From IMG/VR virus record IMGVR_UViG_3300028603_000003: a DNA stretch of 36,596 nucleotides; one strand, 5' to 3'. Below are positions 18,706 through 28,193 of the stretch, piece after piece. Each line of letters begins with the position of its first letter. The first letter of the stretch is position 1. The notes under the pieces are model-generated. The model ran no database searches. It was not told the DNA's origin and worked only from the letters and a program-made list of their open reading frames with translations. A program made the position numbers and the translations under genes. This DNA is from a virus. Taxonomy: Duplodnaviria; Heunggongvirae; Uroviricota; Caudoviricetes.

Positions 18706-19077
18706 TCACTCCCCAAAAACACACGGCTTGTCGTAATCGCCGACTCGCAGATAATAGTAGTATGCGCAGTTGAAGTAGTCGGTTTGCACATCACTGTCGT
18801 CATAGAATTCGTGACCAACGGAGGCAGTTGCCTTGAACATTTCTTCGTAGATGCTCTTGTAAATGTCGGCGTGCTTGTAGTTTTCTACTTGGTAATGGTT
18901 AATTTCCGCGTAGGATCGACCGTGAAGGTCGGCAGTCAGATCGACAGTAGATTTTAGGATGGTGATGTACAGAGTGCTACAATGGGCGTTTTTGCGCACA
19001 CTAAACTTGAAGTCCTTGAACTTAGCCTTGAGAGCAGCACGAACAGCTTTGGTCATTTCTGCGCTAACGTATGCCAT
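18706..19077 (-). CDS. LPD29-like domain protein
   Basis: VRAALKAKF...KFSVR...DSDVQTDYF pattern; own promoter. Confidence 0.7.
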   Translation of the reverse strand: MAYVSAEMTKAVRAALKAKFKDFKFSVRKNAHCSTLYITILKSTVDLTADLHGRSYAEINHYQVENYKHADIYKSIYEEMFKATASVGHEFYDDSDVQTDYFNCAYYYYLRVGDYDKPCVFGE

Positions 19078-19138
19078 GATTTATTTCCTCGGTCAGTTGA
19101 TGAGAAGAATTATATCAAGTGTTGTTCTTGGTGTCAAC

Positions 19139-19378
19139 TTATTTCTTCAGTGCTTCAAGCTTCGCCATCAGCGCAAGTTCTCGTTCAGCCCCCATCCCAT
19201 TTAGGCGGGCTTTCTCGATGGCTTCGGACTCCGCCGCTTCGAGGCGGTCGAGAATATCCAGAACTACTTGTGAATTCAGAGAGTCGTGAAGGTCGGAAAT
19301 GGCTATTGATTTTTCCTGTTTTGTGGTTGCAGCCTGCACCGCTTTCGCTAGACTTCTGATTTTTTCGATGTCATTCAT
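19139..19378 (-). CDS. hypothetical coiled-coil protein (MNDIEK...)
   Basis: ATG at 19378, coupled to the upstream mini-ORF. Confidence 0.65.
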   Translation of the reverse strand: MNDIEKIRSLAKAVQAATTKQEKSIAISDLHDSLNSQVVLDILDRLEAAESEAIEKARLNGMGAERELALMAKLEALKK

Positions 19379-19473
19379 CTCGTAAGTCTCCACCACAAAA
19401 TTACAAAGACGGTTGTCACGCATACAGGCAAAACAATGTATATCCCTATTGCTTCGATAGCTTCGACTGACAT
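19375..19473 (-). CDS. 32-aa membrane peptide MSVEAIEAIGIYIVLPVCVTTVFVILWWRLTR
   Basis: AGGA SD, one TM helix, ATGA coupling. Confidence 0.65.
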   Translation of the reverse strand: MSVEAIEAIGIYIVLPVCVTTVFVILWWRLTR

Positions 19474-19497
19474 TTTTGTTCCTATAAAATTTTTGCT

Positions 19498-19620
19498 TTA
19501 CTGGTAGTGTCGAAAGATAGCGTAGACTACACCAAACACTGTTGAGATATAGACTATAGGCACCAACAAGGAAATACTGACAATCACACAAACTTCTCGT
19601 ACCTTCTTCGCCGCAGACAT
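19498..19620 (-). CDS. 40-aa membrane peptide MSAAKKVREVCVIVSISLLVPIVYISTVFGVVYAIFRHYQ
   Basis: AGGAG SD directly after a promoter; one TM helix. Confidence 0.65.
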   Translation of the reverse strand: MSAAKKVREVCVIVSISLLVPIVYISTVFGVVYAIFRHYQ

Positions 19621-19669
19621 TCGCTTCTCCTAATTGATGAGAAGATTATACCAAGTTTTCTTCTGACAG

Positions 19670-19951
19670 TCAACAAAGTTCATCTAGTCCATCTTGTTGC
19701 CAATGTATCCAGTCAAGAAGAACCTCTTCTTCGACGTGCCACTTTAGTTCGCAATCCTCGCTTACCGCATTAATTGCGTCTAAGCTGACGAGAAAAACAG
19801 TTCCCTTTTCTGCTGTAATTGTAGTGTTTCCCGCCTCGGAATAAATCTTTACATTGAATTTTAAAGTATATTTCTTTTCTCCGCCCGGCTTGCTAACTAC
19901 ACTCCCATCAGGAATCCTCTTTGCTTTGAGCAATACTTTTAACATTTTCAA
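19670..19951 (-). CDS. hypothetical protein
   Basis: In operon. Confidence 0.65.
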   Translation of the reverse strand: MKMLKVLLKAKRIPDGSVVSKPGGEKKYTLKFNVKIYSEAGNTTITAEKGTVFLVSLDAINAVSEDCELKWHVEEEVLLDWIHWQQDGLDELC

Positions 19952-20379
19952 TCTTTCCTCATTAATTCGTCGGGAACTTCAATTTCTTCGCCAAGCTTGC
20001 TGACGACAAAGCAGCGCATGGCTGCGACGAGTGGGGTGGGGCCATGCATGTAATCGGCCATGTCATGGAGCTTTGCCCATACCCTTTCGTTGCCACTGTC
20101 AGGACCGCCGCGAACCATCTCAAAGCCTTCGGCATACATTCGATCAATGATTGGACCCCCTTGTGTCCAGTTGGTCGAAAATTCGCACCTGAATGTGTCG
20201 ATTCGACCAAGACATTCCCGGTCGATAGCGGGTTTTCCGTAGAATAAATGAAGGCGGTCTTTGGGCAAGGCTTCAATCTTAGCCACCAAATAATTCAAAG
20301 CCTCAATCGGGGCATCACAAACTTTAATCTTCACAGGGTTATCCAAATTTAATCTAGGTGGCAGCGCGGACAAGAACAA
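19948..20379 (-). CDS. DUF2591 / NinX-like phage protein
   Basis: STNWTQGGPII and GPTPLVAAMRCFVVSKLGEEIEVP motifs. Confidence 0.8.
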   Translation of the reverse strand: MFLSALPPRLNLDNPVKIKVCDAPIEALNYLVAKIEALPKDRLHLFYGKPAIDRECLGRIDTFRCEFSTNWTQGGPIIDRMYAEGFEMVRGGPDSGNERVWAKLHDMADYMHGPTPLVAAMRCFVVSKLGEEIEVPDELMRKD

Positions 20380-20585
20380 CGAGGATAAGCATTGATCATG
20401 ACTGTCGTAAAGCTGCGATCTTTTAGAATCATTTGATCAGTAAATTGATCCGAGGCATAGCAATGACTCATCCTCCATTTCTTGTTTTTGTATAGTGGAG
20501 CGATAACATCAACGTGTGCCGAACCATTTTCGCGAACAATTTGAACCGAAACATTCAAGCCGTAAGGTACATCGTAGGTATTCAT
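20349..20585 (-). CDS. hypothetical protein
   Basis: GGAG SD after a promoter. Confidence 0.6.
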   Translation of the reverse strand: MNTYDVPYGLNVSVQIVRENGSAHVDVIAPLYKNKKWRMSHCYASDQFTDQMILKDRSFTTVMINAYPRCSCPRCHLD

Positions 20586-20606
20586 CTTATCTCCAAAATA
20601 AAAAGA

Positions 20607-20652
20607 GCACAGAAAGGATTATACCTAACTGTGCCTTTCGTGTCAACTACCT
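20607..20652 (-). repeat. 46-bp promoter/hairpin module, copy 1
   Basis: 45/46 identical to 28194-28239; contains TTGACA-17-TATAAT. Confidence 0.9.
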
Positions 20653-22313
20653 ACCGGGAACTTATAAGGCAGAGGATTCTGTGCAAGTCGTGCTCGAATC
20701 AATTCGAGACTCTCGTCAACCAGAAGTTCGCCATTTTCAAAAATGGTTCGCAGAAGTCCAGTCCGCTCTTCTTCTGTGGTCACATCTTGAAGAAGCTTAG
20801 GGTATCCGTCTTCGCCTTCGACCACACACAACAGACCTCGCGCAGACTTCTTGGTTCCGCTGTCAGTGACAGGGTCTTTGAAGATTGCCTGTCCCTTGCC
20901 GGATTCTTCGACATAGGTTGCCTTCATAGCAAAGCCGAGAGTGTCGCGAGTGGTGTATTGGAAAGTGTAGCTGCCGATGCCAAACACCACATTGTCAGAA
21001 GCAAATCCCTTTTCCTTGAGTTCTTGAAGAATTTGGTCGCAGCGTGTAAGTGTGATCGAATCGCCGTAGATAAGACCAACGCGGGGGTTGAGAGTCTTGT
21101 ATCCTTGAGCGTTGATTGTACCACCAAACTCTTCCCAAAGCAACTGTACGGCACCCTTTACTTCGTGTTCGGAAATCTCTTCCACTTCGTATGAGGTTGA
21201 CCAGCCATCATCATAGGATTCGAATTTGTAGTATGCTTCGTCGTCTTCGGTATAAACAACCTCACACCCTTGGTTTTCAGCTTCAATCATCCCGTAAGTG
21301 TCATATACACTCTTGACATTTGCGACCTTGTAGCCGCACAGAATCTTCACAGGGTCGCCGCTGTCTGGCCGGAATACTACTTTGGCATTGCCAAATTGGT
21401 CTGGAGTTCGGGAAAGAATTTCTTGTTTCAGTTCCTTAGTGTATTCGGTGATGACTCGCCAGAAATCCCAAGTATCCGAAACAATCGAAACAATCCCGGA
21501 AGGATAGGTTTTCAGCAGTCGCCGGAAGGTTTCTAGTTCACCTTCCTTGGAGCCTGCACAAATCACAGAGTGCTCTGTGGCCGGAACAGAGCCTCCAACA
21601 AAACAACTCTTGCCCTGATACCGCTTGTTGGCTAGCACAACTGCCGGAATGTTGTCAGTTCCACTAAAAGGCAGTAGATGTCCAAAGCCCGAGCGCGCAG
21701 CGTCTTCGATGCCCGACATCCCGCGAACGCTGAAGTCATGGCCTTGCCATGCGATGAATTCCTTGCTGCCACCCGTAAGCTCAGCGTACTCTTCAATAAT
21801 GCGACGGTAATAGGCAGAAATTGTGGCAGAGGTCGGAATCTTCCAAAGATCGGCAGACAGATGAGTTTCCAAAAAGTTTGGAAGCCAGTAAGCTTCGGGT
21901 AGGGTGTTCGTGATGGTCAAAACTGGAACTCCAACCGGAACAACGGTGCCTTCTGGAAGTGCCTTGATTTGCAGCGGCAGATAGCCAAGGTCGTGCAACC
22001 ACTCGATTCGGCTGACATCAAATCCGCGAGGACCGACAAATGGAGCAACAAGTTCCGCGAATTCCGCAACTAATTCTTCCTTTTTACGAAGGAAGAAAGT
22101 CTCGTCCCAAAGTTCTATCAGTTCCTTTAGAAAATTCTGAATGCCAGCCCAGACGATATATTCGGATTTGTATTTGTGACTAACATTGAGGTGCTTAACG
22201 CTGCGCGCAGTGAAGTTGCTATACACCTTAAAGGTGTTCGGCGGATATTGATCTGCGTGTCCAAGCTTGTAGCTGTCAATGCAGGTAAGTGCGGTCTTTG
22301 TAGAAAAACTCAT
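20643..22313 (-). CDS. nicotinamide phosphoribosyltransferase-like protein (NadV / Namat-like)
   Basis: DSYKLGH, HDFSVRG, VPATEHS, SIVSDTWD, RPDSGDP, YGDSIT and KKSARG motifs; ATG at 22313. Confidence 0.92.
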   Translation of the reverse strand: MSFSTKTALTCIDSYKLGHADQYPPNTFKVYSNFTARSVKHLNVSHKYKSEYIVWAGIQNFLKELIELWDETFFLRKKEELVAEFAELVAPFVGPRGFDVSRIEWLHDLGYLPLQIKALPEGTVVPVGVPVLTITNTLPEAYWLPNFLETHLSADLWKIPTSATISAYYRRIIEEYAELTGGSKEFIAWQGHDFSVRGMSGIEDAARSGFGHLLPFSGTDNIPAVVLANKRYQGKSCFVGGSVPATEHSVICAGSKEGELETFRRLLKTYPSGIVSIVSDTWDFWRVITEYTKELKQEILSRTPDQFGNAKVVFRPDSGDPVKILCGYKVANVKSVYDTYGMIEAENQGCEVVYTEDDEAYYKFESYDDGWSTSYEVEEISEHEVKGAVQLLWEEFGGTINAQGYKTLNPRVGLIYGDSITLTRCDQILQELKEKGFASDNVVFGIGSYTFQYTTRDTLGFAMKATYVEESGKGQAIFKDPVTDSGTKKSARGLLCVVEGEDGYPKLLQDVTTEEERTGLLRTIFENGELLVDESLELIRARLAQNPLPYKFPVGS

Positions 22314-22314
22314 T

Positions 22315-23595
22315 TTATTTTTCCTCTTCAATTTTATATTCAACTTCTTCATCAGAAGAAAGTTTGAACTGGGACATGTTGTTGAACACATCAATATCGT
22401 CGTAATCTTTTAGAACATCGACGCCCTTGCTAAAGATTCCGTGTGAAGCCCAAAGCCCGAGTCGTTTAACATTATACACTTTGCGAAGTTCTTTTGCAAG
22501 CTCGATGAATGTCCGACCGCCATCGATGATATCATCGATCACTAGAAGGTTTACAGGGTCAGAAATTCCCAAGTCTTGTACAACTGTTCCTGAAACTGTT
22601 CCCTTAACAACATCTCGATTCTTAGAAGCCTGAATAACTGGTAGACCAAAATATCCAGAGATTTGATAAATCTTCTTCAAAGCTCCTGCGTCTGGGGCGA
22701 CGATGTAGGTCTTTTCTTTGAAGTTAATGTAATTCTGAATAATGTGTGAGCCTTTAATTGCGTCCAGTTGGCTAATAACCTTTAGCTCACCCGGTCCAAA
22801 CAGCGCAGAAAGAACATCGCTGTGAGGGTCAACAACTTCGACTTGATTGAACTTGCAACTTCGAATTAGGTTTACAATTGCCCGCAAAGAATTTGACTGC
22901 CCATCACACATACGTCGATCTTGGCGAGCATACGGAAAGTAAGGAATGTAAAGATCGATAGGAGCTTCAAGCCCAAAGCTTTCCCTCAAAGCATCATTCA
23001 ACAACAAGAGGTTAATCAGATCGTCGTTGCTTTCGAAGTTGCAGACAATCTTTAACTTTGCTGGTTCACCGTAATAAGGGTACACACTATGTTGAAGGCC
23101 AGTCTCTCCCGCAGGAAACTTCCAAGTTTCCACGCTGTAGTCATAATATTTTGGCCCGGTGTTTGGCGTTACGGCTAGCAATTTTAGCATTTTATATTCC
23201 TTTTTACTCTCGCGATTCCAACTGAATCTTCGAAAGATGATTGATTGACCACACTCTTTCCTTATTTTGAGCGACCAATGACCCAGTCCCCAAGTCAACT
23301 CCAAGGATAACTCGCGAGTAAGAGCCTTGTTGTATGTTTTCACACAAAAAGGCGTTTTCATTTCTAGTTCTAAAATCGTCCAGCCATCGTGGGCGTTCTC
23401 TCCGTTGAGACTAACCTTAGTCTTCTCAGCGGCTTTTCCTACAGCAAGGGCTTCTTCCTTGCACTTGTCATGAACCCGCAAAAAAGCTGCTAGCTCTTGA
23501 AAATGAGAAAACTTCTGATACTGTTTGATTGTAACGACTTTGCCTTCAGACAAAAAGAATTCAACCAGATTTGGGGTTGCTTTGATAGTAATCAT
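22315..23595 (-). CDS. ribose-phosphate pyrophosphokinase-like protein (Adps-like) with in-frame N-terminal extension; likely internal start at 23190
   Basis: FPAGE, PYFPYARQDR, DPHS, APDAGA, DDIIDGGRTF and SHGIFS motifs. Confidence 0.88.
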   Translation of the reverse strand: MITIKATPNLVEFFLSEGKVVTIKQYQKFSHFQELAAFLRVHDKCKEEALAVGKAAEKTKVSLNGENAHDGWTILELEMKTPFCVKTYNKALTRELSLELTWGLGHWSLKIRKECGQSIIFRRFSWNRESKKEYKMLKLLAVTPNTGPKYYDYSVETWKFPAGETGLQHSVYPYYGEPAKLKIVCNFESNDDLINLLLLNDALRESFGLEAPIDLYIPYFPYARQDRRMCDGQSNSLRAIVNLIRSCKFNQVEVVDPHSDVLSALFGPGELKVISQLDAIKGSHIIQNYINFKEKTYIVAPDAGALKKIYQISGYFGLPVIQASKNRDVVKGTVSGTVVQDLGISDPVNLLVIDDIIDGGRTFIELAKELRKVYNVKRLGLWASHGIFSKGVDVLKDYDDIDVFNNMSQFKLSSDEEVEYKIEEEK

Positions 23596-23602
23596 TTAAT
23601 CT

Positions 23603-23806
23603 TTACTCCAGATGCTGCAAGGCATCGCCACACAATTCGTATAGTTCTTCTACAAGTTCTGCTGTAACTACAAGCCCTTGAACTTTGAGGACGTTATAAA
23701 CATCGTCTTCACCAAAGCAAACTTCAGCTATCATTACCTCTAGGGCGTCTTCGGCATACTCTAAGGTTTCTCCGCGAGATACTAGAGCTTCGATAATCTT
23801 GTACAT
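23603..23806 (-). CDS. small acidic hypothetical protein
   Basis: GGGGG SD. Confidence 0.6.
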   Translation of the reverse strand: MYKIIEALVSRGETLEYAEDALEVMIAEVCFGEDDVYNVLKVQGLVVTAELVEELYELCGDALQHLE

Positions 23807-23855
23807 TTGTGCCCCCAGAACTCAAGAACCTGCATTATACTCTAGGCGAAGACTT

Positions 23856-24218
23856 TTAGCTACCCTTTCCGAAATGAAAGGACAGACTGTGAATGCCGGA
23901 AACATACATGTTGTCGTCCAACTTTTCGAGAAACTTCTTCAGGTCGGCAACGCTCATCTTATCAGAAGTCTTGTTAAATTCCTTTTCTTGTTCACCAAGC
24001 GTCCTTTCAATGAAGGCTTTTTGTTCCGCTGCACGACGAACAAGACTCACACAATTCAGTCCCGCATGAAGTGTGTTGCCGTCGCTGTCCCAAACAACAA
24101 GCACTTGATTAGGATCATGTGGGTTGCAATGAGTTCCCATTCTCACAACAGTGCCGTAATCGACCTCTCCGCCAAGGGAATACTTCACATAGTCTCCGGG
24201 GTAGTAAACTTCACTCAT
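23856..24218 (-). CDS. hypothetical protein
   Basis: GAGG SD after a promoter. Confidence 0.65.
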   Translation of the reverse strand: MSEVYYPGDYVKYSLGGEVDYGTVVRMGTHCNPHDPNQVLVVWDSDGNTLHAGLNCVSLVRRAAEQKAFIERTLGEQEKEFNKTSDKMSVADLKKFLEKLDDNMYVSGIHSLSFHFGKGS

Positions 24219-24253
24219 TTTGTGTTTCCTCGTTTGGTTAGCTGATGGAGAGG

Positions 24254-24291
24254 ATTATATCAAAAGAAAAAGGGGCCGTCAAGCCCCTTTT
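24254..24291 (-). promoter_or_regulatory. terminator hairpin overlapping a sigma70 promoter
   Basis: AAAAGGGGC-TTGAC-GGCCCCTTTT with the -35 in the loop, then TATAAT. Confidence 0.7.
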
Positions 24292-24292
24292 G

Positions 24293-26896
24293 TTATTTTG
24301 CTCTCCACTTGCCGTTGCGGATAAAAATTAATTGTCGCTTGCCGTTGGCGTGGATGATGCAGTGTGCGTGATCCCAACTAGACAACCCCTTCACGTATGG
24401 CATCTTGAACTTCGACGAAGTTCCAACAACATATGCGCCCTTGTCAATCGTTACAGAATTTCCAGTCAACGAAACTTTTCCTGTAGAATCATGTTTAATC
24501 CAGAAATTTTTAAACTCAGTTTCTAAGCAACTTACCTGAACACTTTCTACTTCGTATGTCCTTGCGCCCCACGCTGACTGCCTGTACTTTTGGTGTGTGT
24601 TCGAATCTCCAAAGTGAGAGTAATTTTTATCTGCACACCAAGTAACAACAAACTGTTGTTCTCCTCTAGTCTTTAAGTGAGACTTTTTATGGTAAACCGA
24701 AGTCCTATATCCAAGCTCGACGAGGATTTCGCTAACAAGATTTGCTTCTTCTTGTTTCGCAGTTGACCACTGCCGCCCATTTCCTCCTGTGTCGAGTGTT
24801 CCGTCCCAGTATCTGAGTTCGTCTATAAAAATTTCCTTACAGACAGAACTTAACTGTTTAACAAATTCAGGAATCTGTTTTTTTCCATAGGAAAAATATT
24901 TTGACATTTCCTTGTGAGCTTCGCTATCGACAGACAAAGAATATTTGAAAGATTTTTGTCCGTTTTTCTTTAGTCCGCCGCGAGTAAAATTTCCAGAAAA
25001 TAAATCTACAATTCTGTCTAACTTTCTTTGCTTGATTATGTGAAACGAAAAATATCCGTTTTTATCCACATGACCGTCAGCACATATAGCAACAATTCTA
25101 CGCAAAGTCAACTCATCGATGTCTAGACCTTCCACTGAAGAACTGCCCTCCGCAGCAGAAAGAGGGACGCACGAAGGATTTTTTGTTAAAATTGCTTCAC
25201 AAACATTAATATATTCTCCATCTTTTGTGAATAGACTGTGATTTGTTGTGACTATTTGTGTAAAGTGTTTATTTTTTATTTCAATCGCAGTGCCGGAATA
25301 AAAACTTTTGTGTGTGCGCTTATTTTCTGTCCAAACATTTTTATTTGTTTTTGGGTCATACGACAAAACAAGCTCACCAACTTTCACATCTTCTACGGGT
25401 TTCCACCCATCTACTGTTAGGGCGGAATGTCCCGGCAGCAAACAATGAGAATGCCCTGAAATTGTTTTCATCGGAACATTGGAAAAAGCTTTCGCGCTCC
25501 CTCTGGCTCCGTTGACCCCGACGTGTCCGTGAAGACCTACCTCGATCCCCATGATTTTGTAAGAGTCGCTTTCACCGAGGAACACCGTTTCATGAGTCAT
25601 CTTGCCCCCACAATAAAGCACAAATGGGTCTGGGGTTTGCACCACAGTTCCATTGACAATCTTGGTGTGCTTCAAAACATTATAGCTTAACCAATGATAC
25701 AACAAAGCATTTTCTGGGTCGGTCTTTGGGTCAGATTCAAGTAGCCATCGCTTTAGATGATTGTTGTGGTTGCTGGCAACGATTACGTTTTTGGTGTCCT
25801 TTGGAGTTGTGTCATTGATAAACTTAATGACCTCTTCAAGTTCAACTTGAATGTTTCCCGCTTTGCCTTCGTGGTGCTTAGCGTAATTTAGAATCCAATC
25901 GTTCTTTGAGTGATGGCTTCTTGAGAAAAAGTCAAGCACATCGTGGCGAACAATCACCTCGGGGTTCAAAGTCTTTGTTATACTGTCACTAGCGAAGAAA
26001 GTAGCTTGAGCGACTTCTGAATCGTGGAACATTACATGGCTGTCACCAGTAACAAGAGCAACAACACTTCTTTGGCCGGGTTCAATCCAGACATCTTCTA
26101 TGTAGTTGTCTTCGTTGAATTGGCTGTCTCCGTAGTAGGTTCCCAAATCAAAGAAGCCTGCACCATCAAAGTTCAGATGTCGAATGAAGTGGTCGTCAGA
26201 ATCGTCATACTCTACAAGAACTGCCGAAAAGGAATGATTGAATCCTGCCTTAAACCCAGACTTTGTATTGCTGTAAAACTTTTCTGTAATGGCCCCGGTT
26301 GTTGTTGCGATTGCGGGGTACTTCTCTGTTTGTCTGGGTAAAGTTCTTAGGGCTAGCTGCGGGTGGGGTACAATCACACTAGAACCCTTCGACAAGCCTT
26401 CGATGCCGCTTAGGGGGCTGTCTACTGTAGCTTGAACCTTGATGCCGCCCAGAACCCGAATATTGCCATGCAAGTCAAAGTTGTTTTCTACCAGATAAGG
26501 AACAATCTTAGAATCATAGTAAACTTCTTCGGAATCGTTCAGCATCGACGGATTTTTATATCTGATCGGCAACACTACTAATTTTGAATTATTCTTATCA
26601 CAAAACTCCAAAAGCGCAGAAAGAAACCTTTCGTTGACTTTGGAGTTGTTTACCGCACAAACAAAAACTAGTGAGTCTCTTGTCCGAATATCTCTGATAT
26701 ACTCAGGGTCACGTATGAATTGGAGATTCTTTTCAAAATCCTCATTGGAGACTTCCAATTTTTCTGTTGACTCGAAGGGAAGAACAAAGGTTTCTCCACA
26801 GTTATTACATTTGAAACCTCGACCTCTTTCTTTGCCCAGAAACCGCATCCCAAGCTTCTTCATATTTGGCGAGTCACATGATAGGCATCTATCCAT
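24293..26896 (-). CDS. large-phage metallophosphoesterase-like protein with N-terminal Zn ribbon, intein-containing
   Basis: CxxC...CxxC N-terminus; GDSH, HDVLD, SNHNNH, HGH and GHSH motifs; start MDRC after GGAG. Confidence 0.85.
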   Translation of the reverse strand: MDRCLSCDSPNMKKLGMRFLGKERGRGFKCNNCGETFVLPFESTEKLEVSNEDFEKNLQFIRDPEYIRDIRTRDSLVFVCAVNNSKVNERFLSALLEFCDKNNSKLVVLPIRYKNPSMLNDSEEVYYDSKIVPYLVENNFDLHGNIRVLGGIKVQATVDSPLSGIEGLSKGSSVIVPHPQLALRTLPRQTEKYPAIATTTGAITEKFYSNTKSGFKAGFNHSFSAVLVEYDDSDDHFIRHLNFDGAGFFDLGTYYGDSQFNEDNYIEDVWIEPGQRSVVALVTGDSHVMFHDSEVAQATFFASDSITKTLNPEVIVRHDVLDFFSRSHHSKNDWILNYAKHHEGKAGNIQVELEEVIKFINDTTPKDTKNVIVASNHNNHLKRWLLESDPKTDPENALLYHWLSYNVLKHTKIVNGTVVQTPDPFVLYCGGKMTHETVFLGESDSYKIMGIEVGLHGHVGVNGARGSAKAFSNVPMKTISGHSHCLLPGHSALTVDGWKPVEDVKVGELVLSYDPKTNKNVWTENKRTHKSFYSGTAIEIKNKHFTQIVTTNHSLFTKDGEYINVCEAILTKNPSCVPLSAAEGSSSVEGLDIDELTLRRIVAICADGHVDKNGYFSFHIIKQRKLDRIVDLFSGNFTRGGLKKNGQKSFKYSLSVDSEAHKEMSKYFSYGKKQIPEFVKQLSSVCKEIFIDELRYWDGTLDTGGNGRQWSTAKQEEANLVSEILVELGYRTSVYHKKSHLKTRGEQQFVVTWCADKNYSHFGDSNTHQKYRQSAWGARTYEVESVQVSCLETEFKNFWIKHDSTGKVSLTGNSVTIDKGAYVVGTSSKFKMPYVKGLSSWDHAHCIIHANGKRQLIFIRNGKWRAK
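24458..25444 (-). mobile_element. intein (329 aa) with LAGLIDADG homing endonuclease
   Basis: GHSH|CLLPGH N-terminus, block B VTTNHSL, IVAICADG and FIDELRYWDG, C-terminus TGN|S; visibly more AT-rich than its flanks. Confidence 0.92.
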
Positions 26897-26976
26897 AAAT
26901 TTACATCTCCGTGTTAATAAAAAGGGGAATGGTTTATTATCCCATTCCCCTTGAGGCTTTGTCAAATTTTGTGTTT

Positions 26977-27162
26977 CTAGTAATCAGTCTTGATGTGGTC
27001 TTCGTCCAGTACCAATGCCACGGTAATTGTTGAATCGTACTCGCCGCATTCTGAATGCTCTTCTAGAAGTCGAGCTTTGATAGTCTCAACCTCTTCCATA
27101 GTTTTAGCGTAATGAACTGTTGGATAATACGGGCGGTTAATCACAACAATGTAAGGATGCAT
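26977..27162 (-). CDS. hypothetical protein
   Basis: TAATG coupling. Confidence 0.6.
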   Translation of the reverse strand: MHPYIVVINRPYYPTVHYAKTMEEVETIKARLLEEHSECGEYDSTITVALVLDEDHIKTDY

Positions 27163-27698
27163 TATAGCCTCATTAGTTTGATTGCTTTCGCGTAAATGTC
27201 AACTGTTTTAACTGACTCATAAACAAACTTTGAACCGGGTTCGGCTTCAATCTCAGACGCCCATTCTGAGTTAGAGTCTGGAGTAAAGTTTCCAAGAACT
27301 TCGGTTTGACCTTTCTTTCCGCTAGTCTCGTTTGTGTAAATCAGAGTAGCCTTCTGTCCTTTCGGAGTATAGATCACGGAGTCCTGATCGTAAAGCTCTC
27401 CCATCTCCACCACAAACATTTTAACATCTTTTCCTGATTCTGACCAGACCAAGAAAGACTTTTCTCTAACTGTACTGCCACCTTCCTCTGGGTAAGACCC
27501 AAGAAGCTTCAAATACTTGAAGCCCTTCGAAACAATGTTCTTCTCTAGCTCAACCGTATTCTTCTCGTTCCAGCTATCAACGTCTTCGATTCCAAGGCGT
27601 TCGACTGTAGGGCTGTCTGCGCCGCGCATTGCCGTAACAATGCCTGTATCGTATTGCTGGTGAATCTGTTGTGCCTTTTGTAGTAGCTCTTTTGCCAT
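27162..27698 (-). CDS. DUF3293-like phage protein
   Basis: GIVTA...GSYPE...EKSFLV...GELYDQDSVIY; ATG at 27698 after GAGG. Confidence 0.7.
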   Translation of the reverse strand: MAKELLQKAQQIHQQYDTGIVTAMRGADSPTVERLGIEDVDSWNEKNTVELEKNIVSKGFKYLKLLGSYPEEGGSTVREKSFLVWSESGKDVKMFVVEMGELYDQDSVIYTPKGQKATLIYTNETSGKKGQTEVLGNFTPDSNSEWASEIEAEPGSKFVYESVKTVDIYAKAIKLMRL

Positions 27699-27699
27699 C

Positions 27700-28170
27700 T
27701 CAACCTCTGTTAATTGCCTTGTTATATGCTCGCATGAGCTTGTACTTGTCAAGACCAAAGTCGCTGTAGCCCACAGCAATCTGGTCAATATAGTATTTAG
27801 CAGGAGCCTCTTCTTCTCCGGCAGGCTGAAGTGCCCTCATAATGTAAACTTGTGCTTCGCAGTGGTTGATCACTTCTGCTCCGCCGCGAAGAGTTTCATA
27901 CCAAACTCGAACAGTTGTTCGCTCGTACAGGTGGGGGCAGCTTTCATACGCATCCAGCTTGGTCAAGTCTTCCTCATCAACAACCCACAAGCCAACAGGC
28001 ACATAGTCCGTGACATCGGGAACGATAGTGGCGAATGTATCGAAGTGAAGTCGATAGTCAAGAATCTTTGCGTGACTGCCCTTGAACTTTGTAGGAGACT
28101 TCCCTAGAATTTGCTCCATCAACTCCGAATCCAGCAGACTGCCATATGCAGCGAAGATAACCTTAGACAT
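27700..28170 (-). CDS. gamma-glutamylcyclotransferase family protein
   Basis: FAAYGSLL, ATIVP and LDAYESCPHLYER motifs. Confidence 0.88.
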   Translation of the reverse strand: MSKVIFAAYGSLLDSELMEQILGKSPTKFKGSHAKILDYRLHFDTFATIVPDVTDYVPVGLWVVDEEDLTKLDAYESCPHLYERTTVRVWYETLRGGAEVINHCEAQVYIMRALQPAGEEEAPAKYYIDQIAVGYSDFGLDKYKLMRAYNKAINRG

Positions 28171-28193
28171 TTAAAAATCCCCAAATCAAAAAG

